Shown here: positions 21,194-35,151 of the stretch, piece by piece | How positions within the stretch are numbered: the first letter of the stretch is position 1 | Layout of the letters: each line of letters begins with the position of its first letter | Source of the DNA: Octopus vulgaris | Lineage: Eukaryota | Reading direction: 5' to 3' | DNA: 64,000 nucleotides | NCBI GenBank assembly: GCA_951406725.2 | Contig: OX597820.1 | Span: forward strand, 86,924,001 to 86,988,000 | The notes under the pieces: generated by a model | Told to the model about the DNA's origin: nothing | The model's input: only the letters and a program-made list of their open reading frames with translations | Databases searched by the model: none | Made by a program: the position numbers and the translations under genes

Positions 21194-23845
21194 CACTGGG
21201 TTATAAATTTTCACAAAAGCTTTCGTTGTCTTATTATTTTGAGTGATTTTAATGCAGAATTTTGTGCTGATTCTAAAAATGTGTTTTTTTCTCTACCATC
21301 GACTGTTTGCGAGATATATCGACTTTTGCTAATCTACACATATCATGCATCACATATCATCGTACATACATCGATACATCGTACATATCATCATACATTA
21401 CATATCATCATATACAGATATCATCATACGTTTAGCAACTGCTTGTGTAAACAAAAGCTCTAACATCACTTGATCACAGGTTGCTGCGTGACGTAACTCT
21501 TGCTGTAAAACATTTTCTACTCTATTAATAAATCATTCATTCTTAAAGTTTATATTCTATCGCCATTATTTGTATAAGAGTATTGAAAGGGTTAACTGTC
21601 ATCACCGCCTTCTGCCATACAAAATAGATTCAACAGAGACGTCTCAGTGCTCTCGTGGCTACCAAAGTCAGTGAAAGGAAGTGTTATGCCTTTGTCTCTC
21701 ATCCCTCCATCTGGTATTCCATTTGGTTTTGGGACTGTTTGATCACGAGCATTGTGCATTTGTCACTTATATTTCTTCCTTTTTCAGATTTTTATTATAA
21801 ACATTGAATTTTCCTAACCATGGCTACAAGAGGCTGCAGGATTTCACCAAATATATTCTGTTATGTGTGTGGCTGCTATGTTGGAAGAAAGCTTGTAGCA
21901 TATAAAATTGTGAAAGGTGTGAAGTACTGGATTGCTTATAGACTGTATTTTGGAATGAGTATGGGTGATCAAAGAAAACCATGGCCCCCTCATGTGATAT
22001 GTGGAAATTTAGATGGATGGCTTAGAGGTGCAAGTAAAGCAATGCCTTTTGCAATTCCGAGAGTTTGACGAAAGTCAAAAATCATCACGATGATTGCTAT
22101 TTTTGCATGGTTAATATATCAAAGAACAGAAGAGTTAAAGGAAGAAAAGCCTTTCCGTGTCCCAGCATTCAATCTTCCAATGCACATGTGCCACATAATG
22201 ATAACTTACCGGTTCCACGGTCGTCAGAAAATGTTAGTACATTCTATCAAAGTATTAATAACAAATTTAAATTTCATTCACGGTAACAGAATCAATTTTG
22301 AAATAATATCTGATTGCACATAAAATTCATATTAAGATTTCAACTACTAAATGCAACCTTTAAAATTTTTCCAGGTAGAGGATATGATGAAGGTCTCAGC
22401 AGGAGAGTCTGAAGGTGGCGACAACGAAGAAATTGATGAAACATTTGAACCAGGAACGAGTACCTGCCCACACCTTCCAAATCAAAGTGAACTGTATGAT
22501 CTCATTAGGGACTTGGGTCTCATTAAGTCAGGAGTTGAGCTTTTAGCACCAGGACTGAATGAATGGAATCTCTTGGGTGAGGAACTGCAGATTAACAGCA
22601 TACAGGAGGTGTCATGAGAAATTTCCAAGTATACTTTGGCATAAGAGAGGATTTCTGTTTCTGCAAAGATATGAATAGTGTGTTTACAGCCATTGGAATT
22701 TATCAATGGCATCTTTTCATAGATAGCTCAACAAAAAGCCCCCAAACCGCTTTATTACACAATAGAAATCAGCATCCATCCCTGTCTATTTTATACTTGG
22801 TACAGATGAAGGAAGAATATGACAGTGTAAAAGAGCATCCTGAGAAAGTAGACTATGATAAGTTTAAATGGGAGGTTTGTGGTGACTTTAAAATGCTTGC
22901 CTTCTAACTTGGATTACAGAGTGGGTACATTGAGTATTTGTATTTTCTTTGCCTATGACCCAGTAGGGCTGACCATGAATATTACCAGAAGCTGAGTAGC
23001 TCCCACGAGATAACCTCCAGCTAGGAAAGCTAAATGTTATGACAACCTCTTATAGAGCCTGCAAAAGTGTTGTTACCTCCATTTAACATAAAGCTAGGGT
23101 TTGGTCAAACAGTTTGTAAAAGCTTTAGATCGTGGTGGAGAAGCATTTCAAGAGATTTATCTACTCTTTCCAAAGCTGAGGCAAAAATTAAGGGTGGTAT
23201 ATTCACTGGACCACAAGTAAGGAAAATGCTGAGGTCAGTAAAACATGAAAATGTGATGAGTGATCGAGAAAGAGAGGGTTGGTATGCATTTCGAGATATT
23301 GTCAATGGATTCCTTGGTAACAACAAAGACCCAAACTACAAGCAGCTCTTTGCAAAACTTATTGGGAGTTATAAGAATTTAGGTTGTAGAATGTCATTCG
23401 CATTTAGACTTATTTCTTGAAAACTTAGGTCAAGTGAGTGAGGAACATGGTGAGAGATTCCGTCAAGATATTGTAATAGAGAAAAAATACAAAGAAGATG
23501 GGACACTACAAGGACGGGGGACTATATATGGTCATTGGTGCGTACAGATATAGGAGCTCACAGTGGGAGAGCATGATCTTCGGTGCATCATAGTTTTGTT
23601 TACATTTCTCATTAGTTTGAAAATAAATATTAGGACAAAATATTTTTAGTTCCTATTAATGTACAATGTGAATAAGTTGAATAAAGTAAATCGCAGCTAA
23701 ATTTTATTTCCATTCTCTAGAAAAACTCAATTATCTCCTAAAATATCGATGTTATGCAATATGTAAGAGTAGTTTTGAAATCAGGTGAAAAAATTACCTT
23801 AGTACCACTAAAAATTTAGAGAAGCAAAGATTGTGTTACCCAGTG
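21194..23845 (+). mobile_element. Chapaev3-like (CMC) DNA transposon, decayed full-length copy
   Basis: Termini CACTGGGT...ACCCAGTG, flanks TGA/TAA (TWA-type TSD, one change); transposase motifs as in the next entry. Confidence 0.8.
21820..23577 (+). pseudogene. Chapaev3-type transposase with intron 22233-22374
   Basis: C..SPNIFCYVCG, YFG..MGDQ.KPW.PHVIC, MPFAIPRV, NHHDDCYFC, LFIDSS, WEVCGDFKM, LLPP.NIKLG, GIFTGPQVR, GCRMS, VSEEHGERF.QDI; GTTAGT donor, ctactaa branch-like site, ttttccAG acceptor. Confidence 0.8.
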
Positions 23846-23924
23846 TAATAGGTATGGAACGAATGTGAGCTTTTCTAATTCCTCCTTCAGAGTGATTTAG
23901 CTACTTTAATTCTGAAATTTATTG

Positions 23925-24117
23925 GTTTCAAAATTTGGCATAAAGCCAGCAAGTTCAGGTGAGGGTGTAAGTCGATTACATCAGCCCCAGTGTTCAACTG
24001 ATACTTAATTTATCGACCTCGAAAATATGAAAGGCAAAGTTGACGGAACGTAAGGGCAAACGAAATGCCGCTAACATTTTGTCCGGTGTGCTAACGATTC
24101 TGCCTGTTCACCGCCTT
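23925..24117 (-). mobile_element. SINE family A (old)
   Basis: gtcgattacatc...gaaaggcaaagt...gctaacgattctgcc..caccgcctt. Confidence 0.75.
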
Positions 24118-25269
24118 AATTCTGGAATTCATTGATAAAAATTAGATATTTATATACCCAATAAAGTTACATATCCCATTTTATGTTATAGCCACATCCA
24201 TGTCTGCGTGGTTTAGAAGTTATCTTTGGGTCAAGTCCTACTAATCATCGTTTTGGGCTAACGTCTGCTATTCATCTTTCCTTTTATACAATAGACAGAA
24301 TTTGAACCCTAACAACACGTGTGTGGTACAAGTTTAGCATTGATTCGGTCAATGAAGTGACAATAACAGTCACGCCATTAAAAATATTTTGTTGCTCAAC
24401 AACCATACAGAAAGCATGAAATTTGAGCAAATGAAGGTCAGGATTTACTACTTCCGAATCAGAGACATTATGGGAAGCCTTAGGCGAAGACTGGTAGACA
24501 GTCATTTGAAATAAATACAGACGTATACTCTTTTGACTGGTCATACTGACGTTAGAAGGTTTTTGCTGAATTAAACCATTGATTCTTCGTTACTGTGAAG
24601 TATATTTGCCACTTAAATGTGGCTAACCACTAAAGGTGGATGCTACTGTAGCTTTTAGCTCCAGGAGAACATCTCCAGCTGGCTAATGACACACTTTCTG
24701 TGCCCTATCAGTATTTGCAAAGGGAAGCCATCCTTCCCATCATCGACCTGACGTGATACGGACGGACCCGGGTTTCTGAGTACTTACCCGTCGTCAGCGC
24801 ACGACAATCACCGGTCTTCGATGCGAAGGGGTCCCAATGCAAATACATATATCCTTTTTCCAGTGACGAAAAGTCACTGATTTCGAAAAAGAGATTTATT
24901 ATTGCTTGTTTATCTTCGTTACTATTTTTCGTTATAATATCATTTAATTAATTTCAGCAAGTTAAATCTCTTCTCTGGAAATATAAATCAAATTGATCCA
25001 CTTTAGTTTCAAAATGGTGCGTATACAGATTATCCTTCACGGATTCGCCAAGCTGATCAGAAAGCACGAGGTTACATGGCCAGATGTATTTAACTAGAAA
25101 ACAACTTCTAATAGCAACCTAAAAAAACAGGACATGGCTGAACTAAAAATGTGTCTTGAAGTGAGCTCCGTCCGAAGACCGATGAATTTCTGGCTCTCCA
25201 TCTAAAATCCCGGAAAACAAGTTTTTCTATTTCTCTTATACTCTGGATGAATCACAGGTAATAATTTTT

Positions 25270-26365
25270 GCTAATACAGACATAAGGACCGAAATTTTGA
25301 GGTCAAGCAAATAATCGATTATATCGATTTTAGTATTTCATTGCTTCTTTATTTTATCGATCCCAGAAAGATAAATGGCAAAGGTCAGCTTCAGTGGAAT
25401 TTGAACCTATAACATAAAGAACCGGAACAAATACTGTTTGTCCGATTGACATAATGTGCCAAATAATTGTTTCCCATTTAGGAACAAGGTCAGCAGTTTT
25501 AAGGGGAGAGGTTTAGTTGCTGTCATCGACCCCGTTACTAGACTGGCACTTTATTTTATCGATCCTGGAGAGCTGAAAGACAAAGCTGTCCTCGGCGAGA
25601 TTTGAATTTAGAAAGAGCCGGAAGAAATACTGGTTTCAAATTTTGGTACAAGGCCAGCAATTACGGAGAAACTTAGTCGATTAGATCGACCCAACTACTC
25701 ACCTGGTACTTGTTTTATCGACTCTAAAAGGATGAAAGGTGAAGTCGGCCTCAACAGAATTTCAACTCGGAAAAAATACCTATTTCTTTACTACCCACAA
25801 GGGGCTAAACACAGGGGGAGGGACAAACAAGGACAGATAAACGGATTAAGTCGATTACATCGACCCCAGTGCGTAACTGGTACTTAATTTATTTATCGAC
25901 CCCGAAAGGATGAAAGGCAAAGTCGACCCCGGCGGAATTTGAACTCAGAACGTAACCGCAGACGAAATACGGCTATGCATTTCACCCGGCGTGCTAACGT
26001 TTCTGCCAGCTCGCCGTTAGGCATTTTACCTGGCGTAGTAACGATTCTGCCTGTTCGCCGACTTGAGCCGGAAGAAATTCTACAAGGCATTATTTCCGAC
26101 GTTGTAATGATTCAGCCAACTCATCGCCTTAGTTCTGTTCACTAAAAATAATTTCAAATTTTGGCACAATGCCAGCAAGTCTCAGGGGAGGAAGTAAGTC
26201 GGTTACATCGCCGCCAGTACTTGACTGGTATTTCATTTTAGCAACTCCAAACGGATGAAATGCAAAATTGACCTCAGGGGGATTAGAGCCCAGAGCGTAA
26301 AGAGCCAGGACAATGACCGCTAAGTATTTTCTCCGACGCGTAAACGACTCTGCTAGCTCGTTGTC
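25270..26365 (-). mobile_element. Cluster of about 6 nested or tandem SINE-A copies
   Basis: Repeated tttatcga..gaaag..aaag.c...ggaatttgaac motifs, all in the same orientation; young copy at ~25775-26020. Confidence 0.8.
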
Positions 26366-26820
26366 TTTCTGCCAGCTACTAACTAAAAGAAAGAAAGGAA
26401 CTTTAGTCGAAGGATGAGGAAGAGAAAGAGTGGATACCCACAATCTTTGCCAGCCACTCTCTTGGTTTAATGAGATTAATGTGGTTGATAACCAGTGCGA
26501 ACATCTGTTGGTCAATGTTTGCAGGGAAAAGGTGGACGGGGAGAGAACTGTGGAGAGTGTGGTCCGAATGCTGGTCCAGCTAAACATTTAAAATGGTATA
26601 AACATCTGAATTGTGTTAATAACGTTACGGTTTATTGGAATCGGAACTGAGTGGGGCCTTGAAGTCCAGTATGAAGTTCTGTTTGTATACAACATACTTG
26701 TAATGACTTTACACTTAAAAAAAAAAAATAGAAGCTAAATATATAATGATACTGAATTTCTGTGTTGCATAGAAACCTGTGAGGATTATAATTTCATAAA
26801 TTGAGATCATATTCTCCAAG

Positions 26821-26960
<140 letters not shown>

Positions 26961-26974
26961 TTATTTATATATGT

Positions 26975-27140
26975 CATGGATGTGTGGTGAGAAGCTTGCT
27001 TTCCAAGCACATGGTTTTGGGTTCAGTTCCATTGCGTGACACCTAGGGCAGGTGTCTTCTGCAATAGCCTCTGTAGTCTCAGACCGACCAAGCCTTGTGA
27101 GCGGATTTGGTAAACGGAAGCTGAAAGAAGCCCATCGTTT
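26975..27140 (+). mobile_element. SINE family B, 5' half
   Basis: tgtgtggtgagaagcttgct...gggttcagttcc...gaagcccatcg. Confidence 0.75.
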
Positions 27141-27599
27141 ATATATATGTACACACACACACACACACAAAATTAAACAAGAAACTACTACTCATTTTCC
27201 CCGCTTTAGATATCAGTTTTTTTTTTTTTTTGAAAATGAAAAAAATATAAAATCAGACATTAGTGTGGGAAAAATTGACTTGGAATCCAACAGAGAGAAG
27301 AATATTTATTGTTAAACAGCAAAAATTATCCAGATATTTTATTAGTAACCACAATTACATTCAGGAAAAATATTTTGAAAAAAATCACCTGACTCTCTTT
27401 TAAATTCTCTCAACTTCAACAGCAACAAATTATGCTGACCAATTTTTTACTACCAAAGATGATGCAACAGTACCAAATGCTGATGATGCAATACTTGCAA
27501 TGGTTTCAAACAGACAGGAAGAAAATAACGAGAAATCAGAAATTACGAATTTTGCCCCAGTTATTAATTTTGTTCACCACCATATATGTTTGTATGTAC

Positions 27600-27850
27600 A
27601 CATGTACATGCTTATAGCTTTTTTTACTTACCATTTTTCTTATTTTTGCTTCATTACTACGAATATATAATTGTAATTCAATACTGAGGACATTTTTATA
27701 TAAATAACGGATTGCCGATGAAATCGAGACATTAGGCAACAGAAAGTAAATAAAAACGTGGATCCATCTGATATGATCTATCGTAGAGAAGATAGGTGAG
27801 AAATCTGGGCTTCGATGGAGTTGTAATACATCCAAATCCGTCTAAAACAT
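27600..27850 (-). pseudogene. Possible Tc1 transposase C-terminal relic
   Basis: DVLQLHRSPDFSPI resembles WPxxSPDLxPIE. Confidence 0.35.
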
Positions 27851-28632
27851 TAGTATTTCCATGACTATAGTTAAAAATAGTTATGGACAAACTGAGGAAT
27901 TTGTTTTTGTTTGATGCGCCTTCTTCCGGCTTGTTTCTCTCTTGATTGCAGTCCTGGGGAAACCGTAGTTCATGTTTGGGCGATTGGCATGCGGAGTGCT
28001 GCTAGGTGCTTATCGTCCTTTATCAGTCTTGAAGTGCAGACAGTAAGTACATTCTATAGAATTAATGGCTGGTGGATGATGTTCAGAAGATTGTTCTGGA
28101 TGTCGTTGATCTGGCAGTACAGAAAATCTTCGATGTAAGATAAACTCATACAAACAAGGCAGTGCAGACATTCGGGCTCGCACGACGAAACTGCTCTTTA
28201 CTTGTGCAATGTCCAAGATTTGCTAACTTGTGGAGAAATTTGAACTCAGGAGAGGGATTTCGTTGAATATCACAAACCATTATGGCAAGCGCTCTACCAA
28301 TTCTAACATATACTCCCCTATAAACATCATATTAATAATATTGACACTTAGACTCAAAGTTTTAGGGGTAGAGGAAAATAGATTAGGAAAATAGATTCCC
28401 CTAAATATATTTGAAAACATTTTGTCAGTCTCTGAAAGATGAAAAGCAACGTTGACCACGACGGAAATTGAACGTAAAGAGACGTAACTCATTACTGCAG
28501 TATAAGAGTATATTGCCCTATCAATTATGATTACTCCGTTCACTCCTCTCTAAGTTAGAAATATGGAGACATAGTTACAGAAGACCAGTAGCTGCTGCAA
28601 ACACCATATTGTTTTAGGGATTTTATAGGGAA

Positions 28633-29150
28633 CTAGCAGTATCGCCCGGCGTTGCTCGGGTTTGTAAGGGAAATAACTATATAAGCCTTTTTAGAGAGTT
28701 ACTTCCCTTATAGATGCCAATTCGGGCTTTCTTAGCCATTTCTGTTTTGGTGTCTTCAAGCCATGAAGTCGTTGTTCTAAAAGAACGCTGGTCTCCTTGA
28801 CAACGCTTTACGACGTTGATTTCCTTACACTCCCTTCCCCACAGCTTCACGAGGGAGGGAAGAAGGGGGAGAAGCAAACACAGGTGCAGGTGTTTGAGCG
28901 TGGACCCCAACTCCGCCGCCATCGACACACGAAAAATTATGCATTAAAATGGAATAAAAAATGATGTTAAATTATTTTTTAAAATCGTAGACTCATCGTA
29001 GACGCGCGCTAATACTCAGACGGGCTCGATATGAATCACGACTATAAGATACCCGGTTTTGGTTAAACTGCACCGCAAAATGTGGGAGTAGTTAGGAATC
29101 TAAATCGAAGGGGACAGACACTCACACAACTACAGTTTTATATATATAGA
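28633..29150 (-). mobile_element. Non-autonomous Helitron
   Basis: 5' TCTATATATATAAAA; 3' hairpin cccgagcaacgccggg followed by CTAG; inserted between A and T, no TSD. Confidence 0.85.
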
Positions 29151-29902
29151 TATATTCGAAGATTTTTCATAGATTTGTTATTGTTATTTGACACCACTTT
29201 CTCTTGCTGTTGTTTAGTCGCAGATCAAAATATGCGCAAATCAAGTTTTCTTAAGATTTAATACAGCTCAGCGGTGATTATCTTGTCATTTTTGAAGTAT
29301 CTGAGACCACATTATCTAAATATGCTCTTTCCTTTTTTTAAGACAGTAGGGAATGATTTGCTATTTCTAATATTTCGAGCGACCTGGATTTTCACACTCC
29401 ATGGAAATGTGAGATGGTATATCAGAGTATACAACAAAGAGGGAAATTATATATTTTATTAAAATCGCTTAAAAAAAAAAGAACTTTATTATTCTGCTGT
29501 ACTGTATATGGCTCAATAAGACAAAAAGTAGTAGTTAGAAAATTAAAATTTTTATTTTTCATATATGATATTACTTTTTTAGGGGTGCGAACATTTCATC
29601 AAACATTTTCAAGTTTTCAAATGGTGTACTCCAAAAGCTTCCTAAGCGCATTCGAGACAACCGAGCAAACTGTTCTGTTTCATTAGCCTTTTCTTTTAAT
29701 CAAATCACGTCAATTGTGGAGATGAAGAATAATTGAGACCAATCTTATATCATCAAAGACAAGCTAATTTCTGTCTGTCTTTCCGTCACAAGATATATGT
29801 GAAGGAGGGATAGAAGAGGAGAAGAAACATTTGTTGAGAGAAATAGAGTGAGAGAGAGAGAGCAAGAGAAAAAGAGAGAGATTGATAGAGATAGATAAGT
29901 AG

Positions 29903-29935
<33 letters not shown>

Positions 29936-30109
29936 AAGAGAGGAGTGTGTGAAAGATAGATAGATAGGTAGTGTTGCCACAGCAGTAACTACCAAGTTTC
30001 AATAAAAAACGCGGGAATTTTGAATGCAAGCCTGTCAACACAGCGCAACACAGACTTCAAATAAAGACTCACTATATAACAGTATGATATTAACTGGCCG
30101 TGTTCTCCG

Positions 30110-30168
<59 letters not shown>

Positions 30169-30447
30169 TGTTGTTTTAGTTGTTAGTGTATATGTGTACT
30201 TCTGTGTGTGTGTGGAGGGATGGTTCTATATGTCTTTCAACATATAGACAACGCAACACAGACTTTAAAAACAGTCTTTCATATAATGGCAGGTTGTTGC
30301 TGAGAGAGAAATACTGTGAGAAAGAGAGAGAGGGGGGGGAAGAGAAGGTGAGAGAGGAGAGAGGGAGGAACAGAAAGAGAAAAGGAGAGAGACAGAGAGA
30401 AGGAGAGATAGATTGTGTGTATGTTTGATATATATATATATATATAT

Positions 30448-30488
<41 letters not shown>

Positions 30489-30749
30489 GTTGTCACTATT
30501 GTAGCTAACGAGACTTTCAATATATAACACTACTATTACCTAGCCATATATCATACGAGGCACATAATTAATTTCAGTAATAACACCGCATTATTGTTAC
30601 GCACGGCCAGCCAGAGCATTGTAGGGCTAGATATTGTTCATTGAATATGCTTATTCTGTAGAATATGAAAAAAAGGATTTTTTCAAACTGCTATTAATGT
30701 TCACCGAGAAAGTCAATCTAAATATAATTTGAACCATTTATAAAGGTAT

Positions 30750-31110
30750 TCTTTTACTTGTTTCAGTCATTTGACTGCGGCCATGCTGGAGCACCGCCTT
30801 TAGTCGAGCAGATCGACCCCAGGACTTATTCTTTGTAAGCCTAGTACTTATTCTATCGGTCTGTTTTGCCGAACCCTTAAGTTAGGGGGACGTAAACACA
30901 CAAACATACACACATACACATACGCACACACACTCACAAACATATATATACGACGGGCTTCTTTCAGTTTCCGTCTACCAAATACACTCACAAAGCTTGG
31001 GTCGACCCGAGGCTGTAGTTCAAGACACTTGCTCAAGGTGCCACGCAGTGGGACTGAACCCGGAACCATGTGGTTGGTAAGCAAGCTACTTACCACACAG
31101 CCACTCCTGC
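30750..31110 (-). mobile_element. SINE family B, full length
   Basis: Complete tail-microsatellite-head structure ending cacacagccactcctgc. Confidence 0.9.
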
Positions 31111-32104
31111 ACCTATGATGATCATGATAAACAAATATTTTTACCAGCTGCACAGCGACTCAATGTTTAGTAACTTTGTACTGACGGAGTTCTTTTTAAG
31201 GTTAGCTTTATTAAGTGTTGTATGTCGTTAGTAAAAGATAAGTGAAAAAAGTCATAACAGACAGCTTTCATTATAGAAAGGCTTTGGATTCCAAGAAGAT
31301 TGGGAACATAGAAAATGGTTGGGATTCGCTGGTGTAGAGTCTTTCCTTTTGGTGTGCGTCGAAACAAAGGTATTTTTTTACAATGTCATCAAGAATCTAT
31401 GTTAAATTGTTCCATGCACAAGAAAGTCGAGAAAACACAACACAATACTTCACATAATAGAATAATTAACTGGAAACTTATCAACAACATTTGTTTCCAA
31501 CATAATTTCCCGCAAAACAATCTAATTAAGCCTTTATTTTTTTATTTTATTGTTTGTTTTGATTTTATTTCTTTAAATTTTACCGGGATCAAAATCAATT
31601 TTATCATCTTGAGTTGTATCGGTGTCGATCCTTCCGCCCCACCGCTAATTTCCTCTCACATCTCCATGCTGGCTTTAATCGATGCCTGTTTACAGAATTT
31701 AGCATTTTTGAGAAATCTTAGAAGCTATTATTATTTATTCGACAAACTTTTGAGTTGATTTTTAAAGACATGAGAAACTGATTAAAATTCACCAACTGTT
31801 GTATGCTCTCCTTTTCTCTCTCGCCTCTTGTACTCTCCCGCATCTCCCTCTCTCCTTTGTAGCACTCTCCCACTCTTTTGTCTCATTTATGTATTATAAA
31901 GACTTCATTAAATCCAGTTGTTATTGTTAATTTTGTGTGTGTGTATGGTGTGTGTGTGTGTGTGATTGTGCGCATGCACGCGTGTTTGCATGTGCATTTG
32001 TGTGTGTTAGTGTATTTGTGTGTTTATGTATTTGTGTGTGTGTGTATGTTTGTATATTCGTATTTGCGTGTTTAGACATGTATAGTTGCATGGCAGTGTG
32101 TTTA

Positions 32105-32157
<53 letters not shown>

Positions 32158-32526
32158 ATATATATAAATATAGTTGTGTGCCAGTGTGTGATGTGTATTA
32201 CTCTGTGTGTAGCGCAGGCTGTTGATATGTAAACCTACGCATTAGACACAGCAGTTGGTAAACATTGTACATTCCAGTAAACTTGGCAACCGAATGATGT
32301 TTAAATGTGCAGTAAATGGCACAAGAAGAAGGCAGATGGTCGGATCAATAGGTTAAACAGATCAATAACATCATATACTATCATTGACAGTTTATCATGA
32401 AGTTGGACAAGACAGTTATCTTTTAAATTACCCAATCAGTAAAGAAGTACTGTTTGGTAGAGACAACTTACTGTTATAGGCAGCGGGAGCACAGTAATAT
32501 TGACGAGTGTTCCATTAATTTGCAGT

Positions 32527-32874
32527 GTTCAGTCCCACTGTGTGGCACCTTGGGCAAGTGTCTTCTACTATAGCCTTCGGGTGACCAAAGCCATGTCAGT
32601 GGATTTGGTTGACGGAAACTGAAGGAAGTCTGTCTAATATGTATATATTTATGTGTGTGTATTTATGTCTGTGTTTGTTTTCCCCCACCATCGCTTAGAA
32701 ATCGATGCTGGTGTGTTTAAGTCCCCGTAACTCTGCGGTTCGGCAGAAGACATTAATAGAATAAGCACCAGGCTTACAAAGAATGAGACCAAGGGTAGAT
32801 TTCTTCAACGGAAAGGCGGTACTCTAGCATGGTCACACTCAAATGACTGAAACAAGTAACAGAGTAAGAGTAAA

Positions 32875-32875
<1 letters not shown>
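32527..32875 (+). mobile_element. SINE family B
   Basis: gttcagtcccactgtgtggcaccttgggcaagtg...tgactgaaacaagtaa. Confidence 0.85.
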
Positions 32876-33825
<950 letters not shown>

Positions 33826-34026
33826 TATATATAAATATATATATAGATAGATAGATAAGAAAGTTGATTTGTGAAAGCACGTGGGTGAATATATAGAAAA
33901 TAGTAAAGAGTGAAAAAACGACAGAAGGCTTAAATGTTAAAAAATATATATATTTGCGTCAATATGTCTGAAGAATATTACAAAATTAAAAAAAAAATTC
34001 TTTTCTCTTATAATGACATAATTTAA

Positions 34027-34065
34027 AAGAAAGACCGGTTTCGCGTGTAGCTTTTCAAATTTCTT
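34027..34065 (-). ncRNA. Minimal hammerhead-like motif with U3-A8 core
   Basis: aagaaa-u-UUGAAAA-GC uacac GC-GAAA-CCGG-UC-uuucuu. Confidence 0.55.
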
Positions 34066-34174
34066 GCGACGTTATGTTTATGTTGAATAGAGTTATCGTT
34101 ATGTTTATGTTCAGGAGAGTTCTAAATAAGGGGAGGTAGTGAGTGATTTCTTCCGGTGTAAGGGAGATAATCGC

Positions 34175-34910
34175 TTAAAAATTTTTTCCTTTCCCTTGGT
34201 GTGAATTTCTCTGTATCAGTATGTTCGGATGGTTGAGTCTGGGCTTGTACTTTTCAATGAAGAATGTTTCCTTGTTTAGTCTAATTTGTGTTGATGATCC
34301 GAAAGCACATTGGTAAAATGGAAAGATTAAAAATTGTGGTAGTAGTTGCTTTGCGCATTTCTCAATGTGCTCACTAAAAGGTATCATTCTATATTCTGGG
34401 AATGCAATCTGTTGTCGATGCAGTGTGCATCTACGTCTGAGTGATAGTCCCGTGGAACCCACGTAGTCTTGGTGGCAGCCCGAGCATTTTATGACATAAA
34501 TTATGTTTTCAGAGGCACAAGTAAAGTTAGATTTGATCTTGAATTTCTGTCCCTCTTTAAAGAGGAATTCTGATCCTTCTAGCAGGTTAGGACATGTTGC
34601 ACAGTTCGATCTACCACATTTTTTTACTTTTGCATCCGTAATTTCAGAAGACAATTTTGCCTTTGTGAGAATCTTTTAAGTGATTTAGGCTGTTTGTAGC
34701 TTTTAATGATTTGGTGTATGTTTAGAATTTCCTTTAATTTGGGGTCTTTATGAAGTATTGGTAAATTCTGGGTGATGATGGTGAAGGCTTCTTTGTTTCT
34801 GGGGTTGTATGTAGATATGTAAGGTAGTATTTTCGGGGAAGGTGTGTTGTTGTGTTGAACGTTTCTTAAAGTTTCTATGTTGATTTCTGTTGCACGTCTG
34901 ATCCCATCCT
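34175..34910 (-). pseudogene. PLE ORF fragment: linker and GIY-YIG endonuclease
   Basis: ORF 34175-34654 plus upstream frame; RLNKETFFIEKYKPRLN C-terminus. Confidence 0.88.
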
Positions 34911-34939
34911 AATTGACAGACATTACCCAGCTCAACTCA

Positions 34940-35148
34940 TGCGTCTGTGTTTGTCCCCACAATATCGCTCGACAACCGATGCTGGTGTGTTTACGTCGCC
35001 GTAGCTTAGCGGTTCAGCAAAAGAGCCCGATAGAATAAGTACTAGGCTTACAAAGAATCAGTTCTGGGGTCGATTTGTTCGATTAAAGGCGGTGCTCCAG
35101 CATGGCCGCAGTCAAATGAATGAAACAAGAAAAAGAGTAAAAGAGTAA
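34940..35148 (+). mobile_element. SINE family B, 3' half
   Basis: gacaaccgatgctggtgtgtttacgtc...ggcggtgctccagcatggccgcagtc. Confidence 0.85.
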
Positions 35149-35151
35149 TAA

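Larger units (their letters stand above)
33860..34910 (-). mobile_element. 5'-truncated Penelope-like element (Neptune-like)
   Basis: Linker PYISTYNP...ILHKDP...YKQPKSLK, frameshift ~34676, then CGRSNCATC Zn motif and GIY-YIG NIIYVIKC..C..DYVGST...RCTLH; 3' UTR with hammerhead-like motif. Confidence 0.9.

Noticed and set aside
24290-24850. LINE 3' relic plus GC-richer repeat-like segment
   Set aside because: Single copy in the window, no TSD, TIR or clear motif to classify
27880-28260. Possible PLE N-terminal coding relic (also 31190-31790)
   Set aside because: Similarity too vague to support a call
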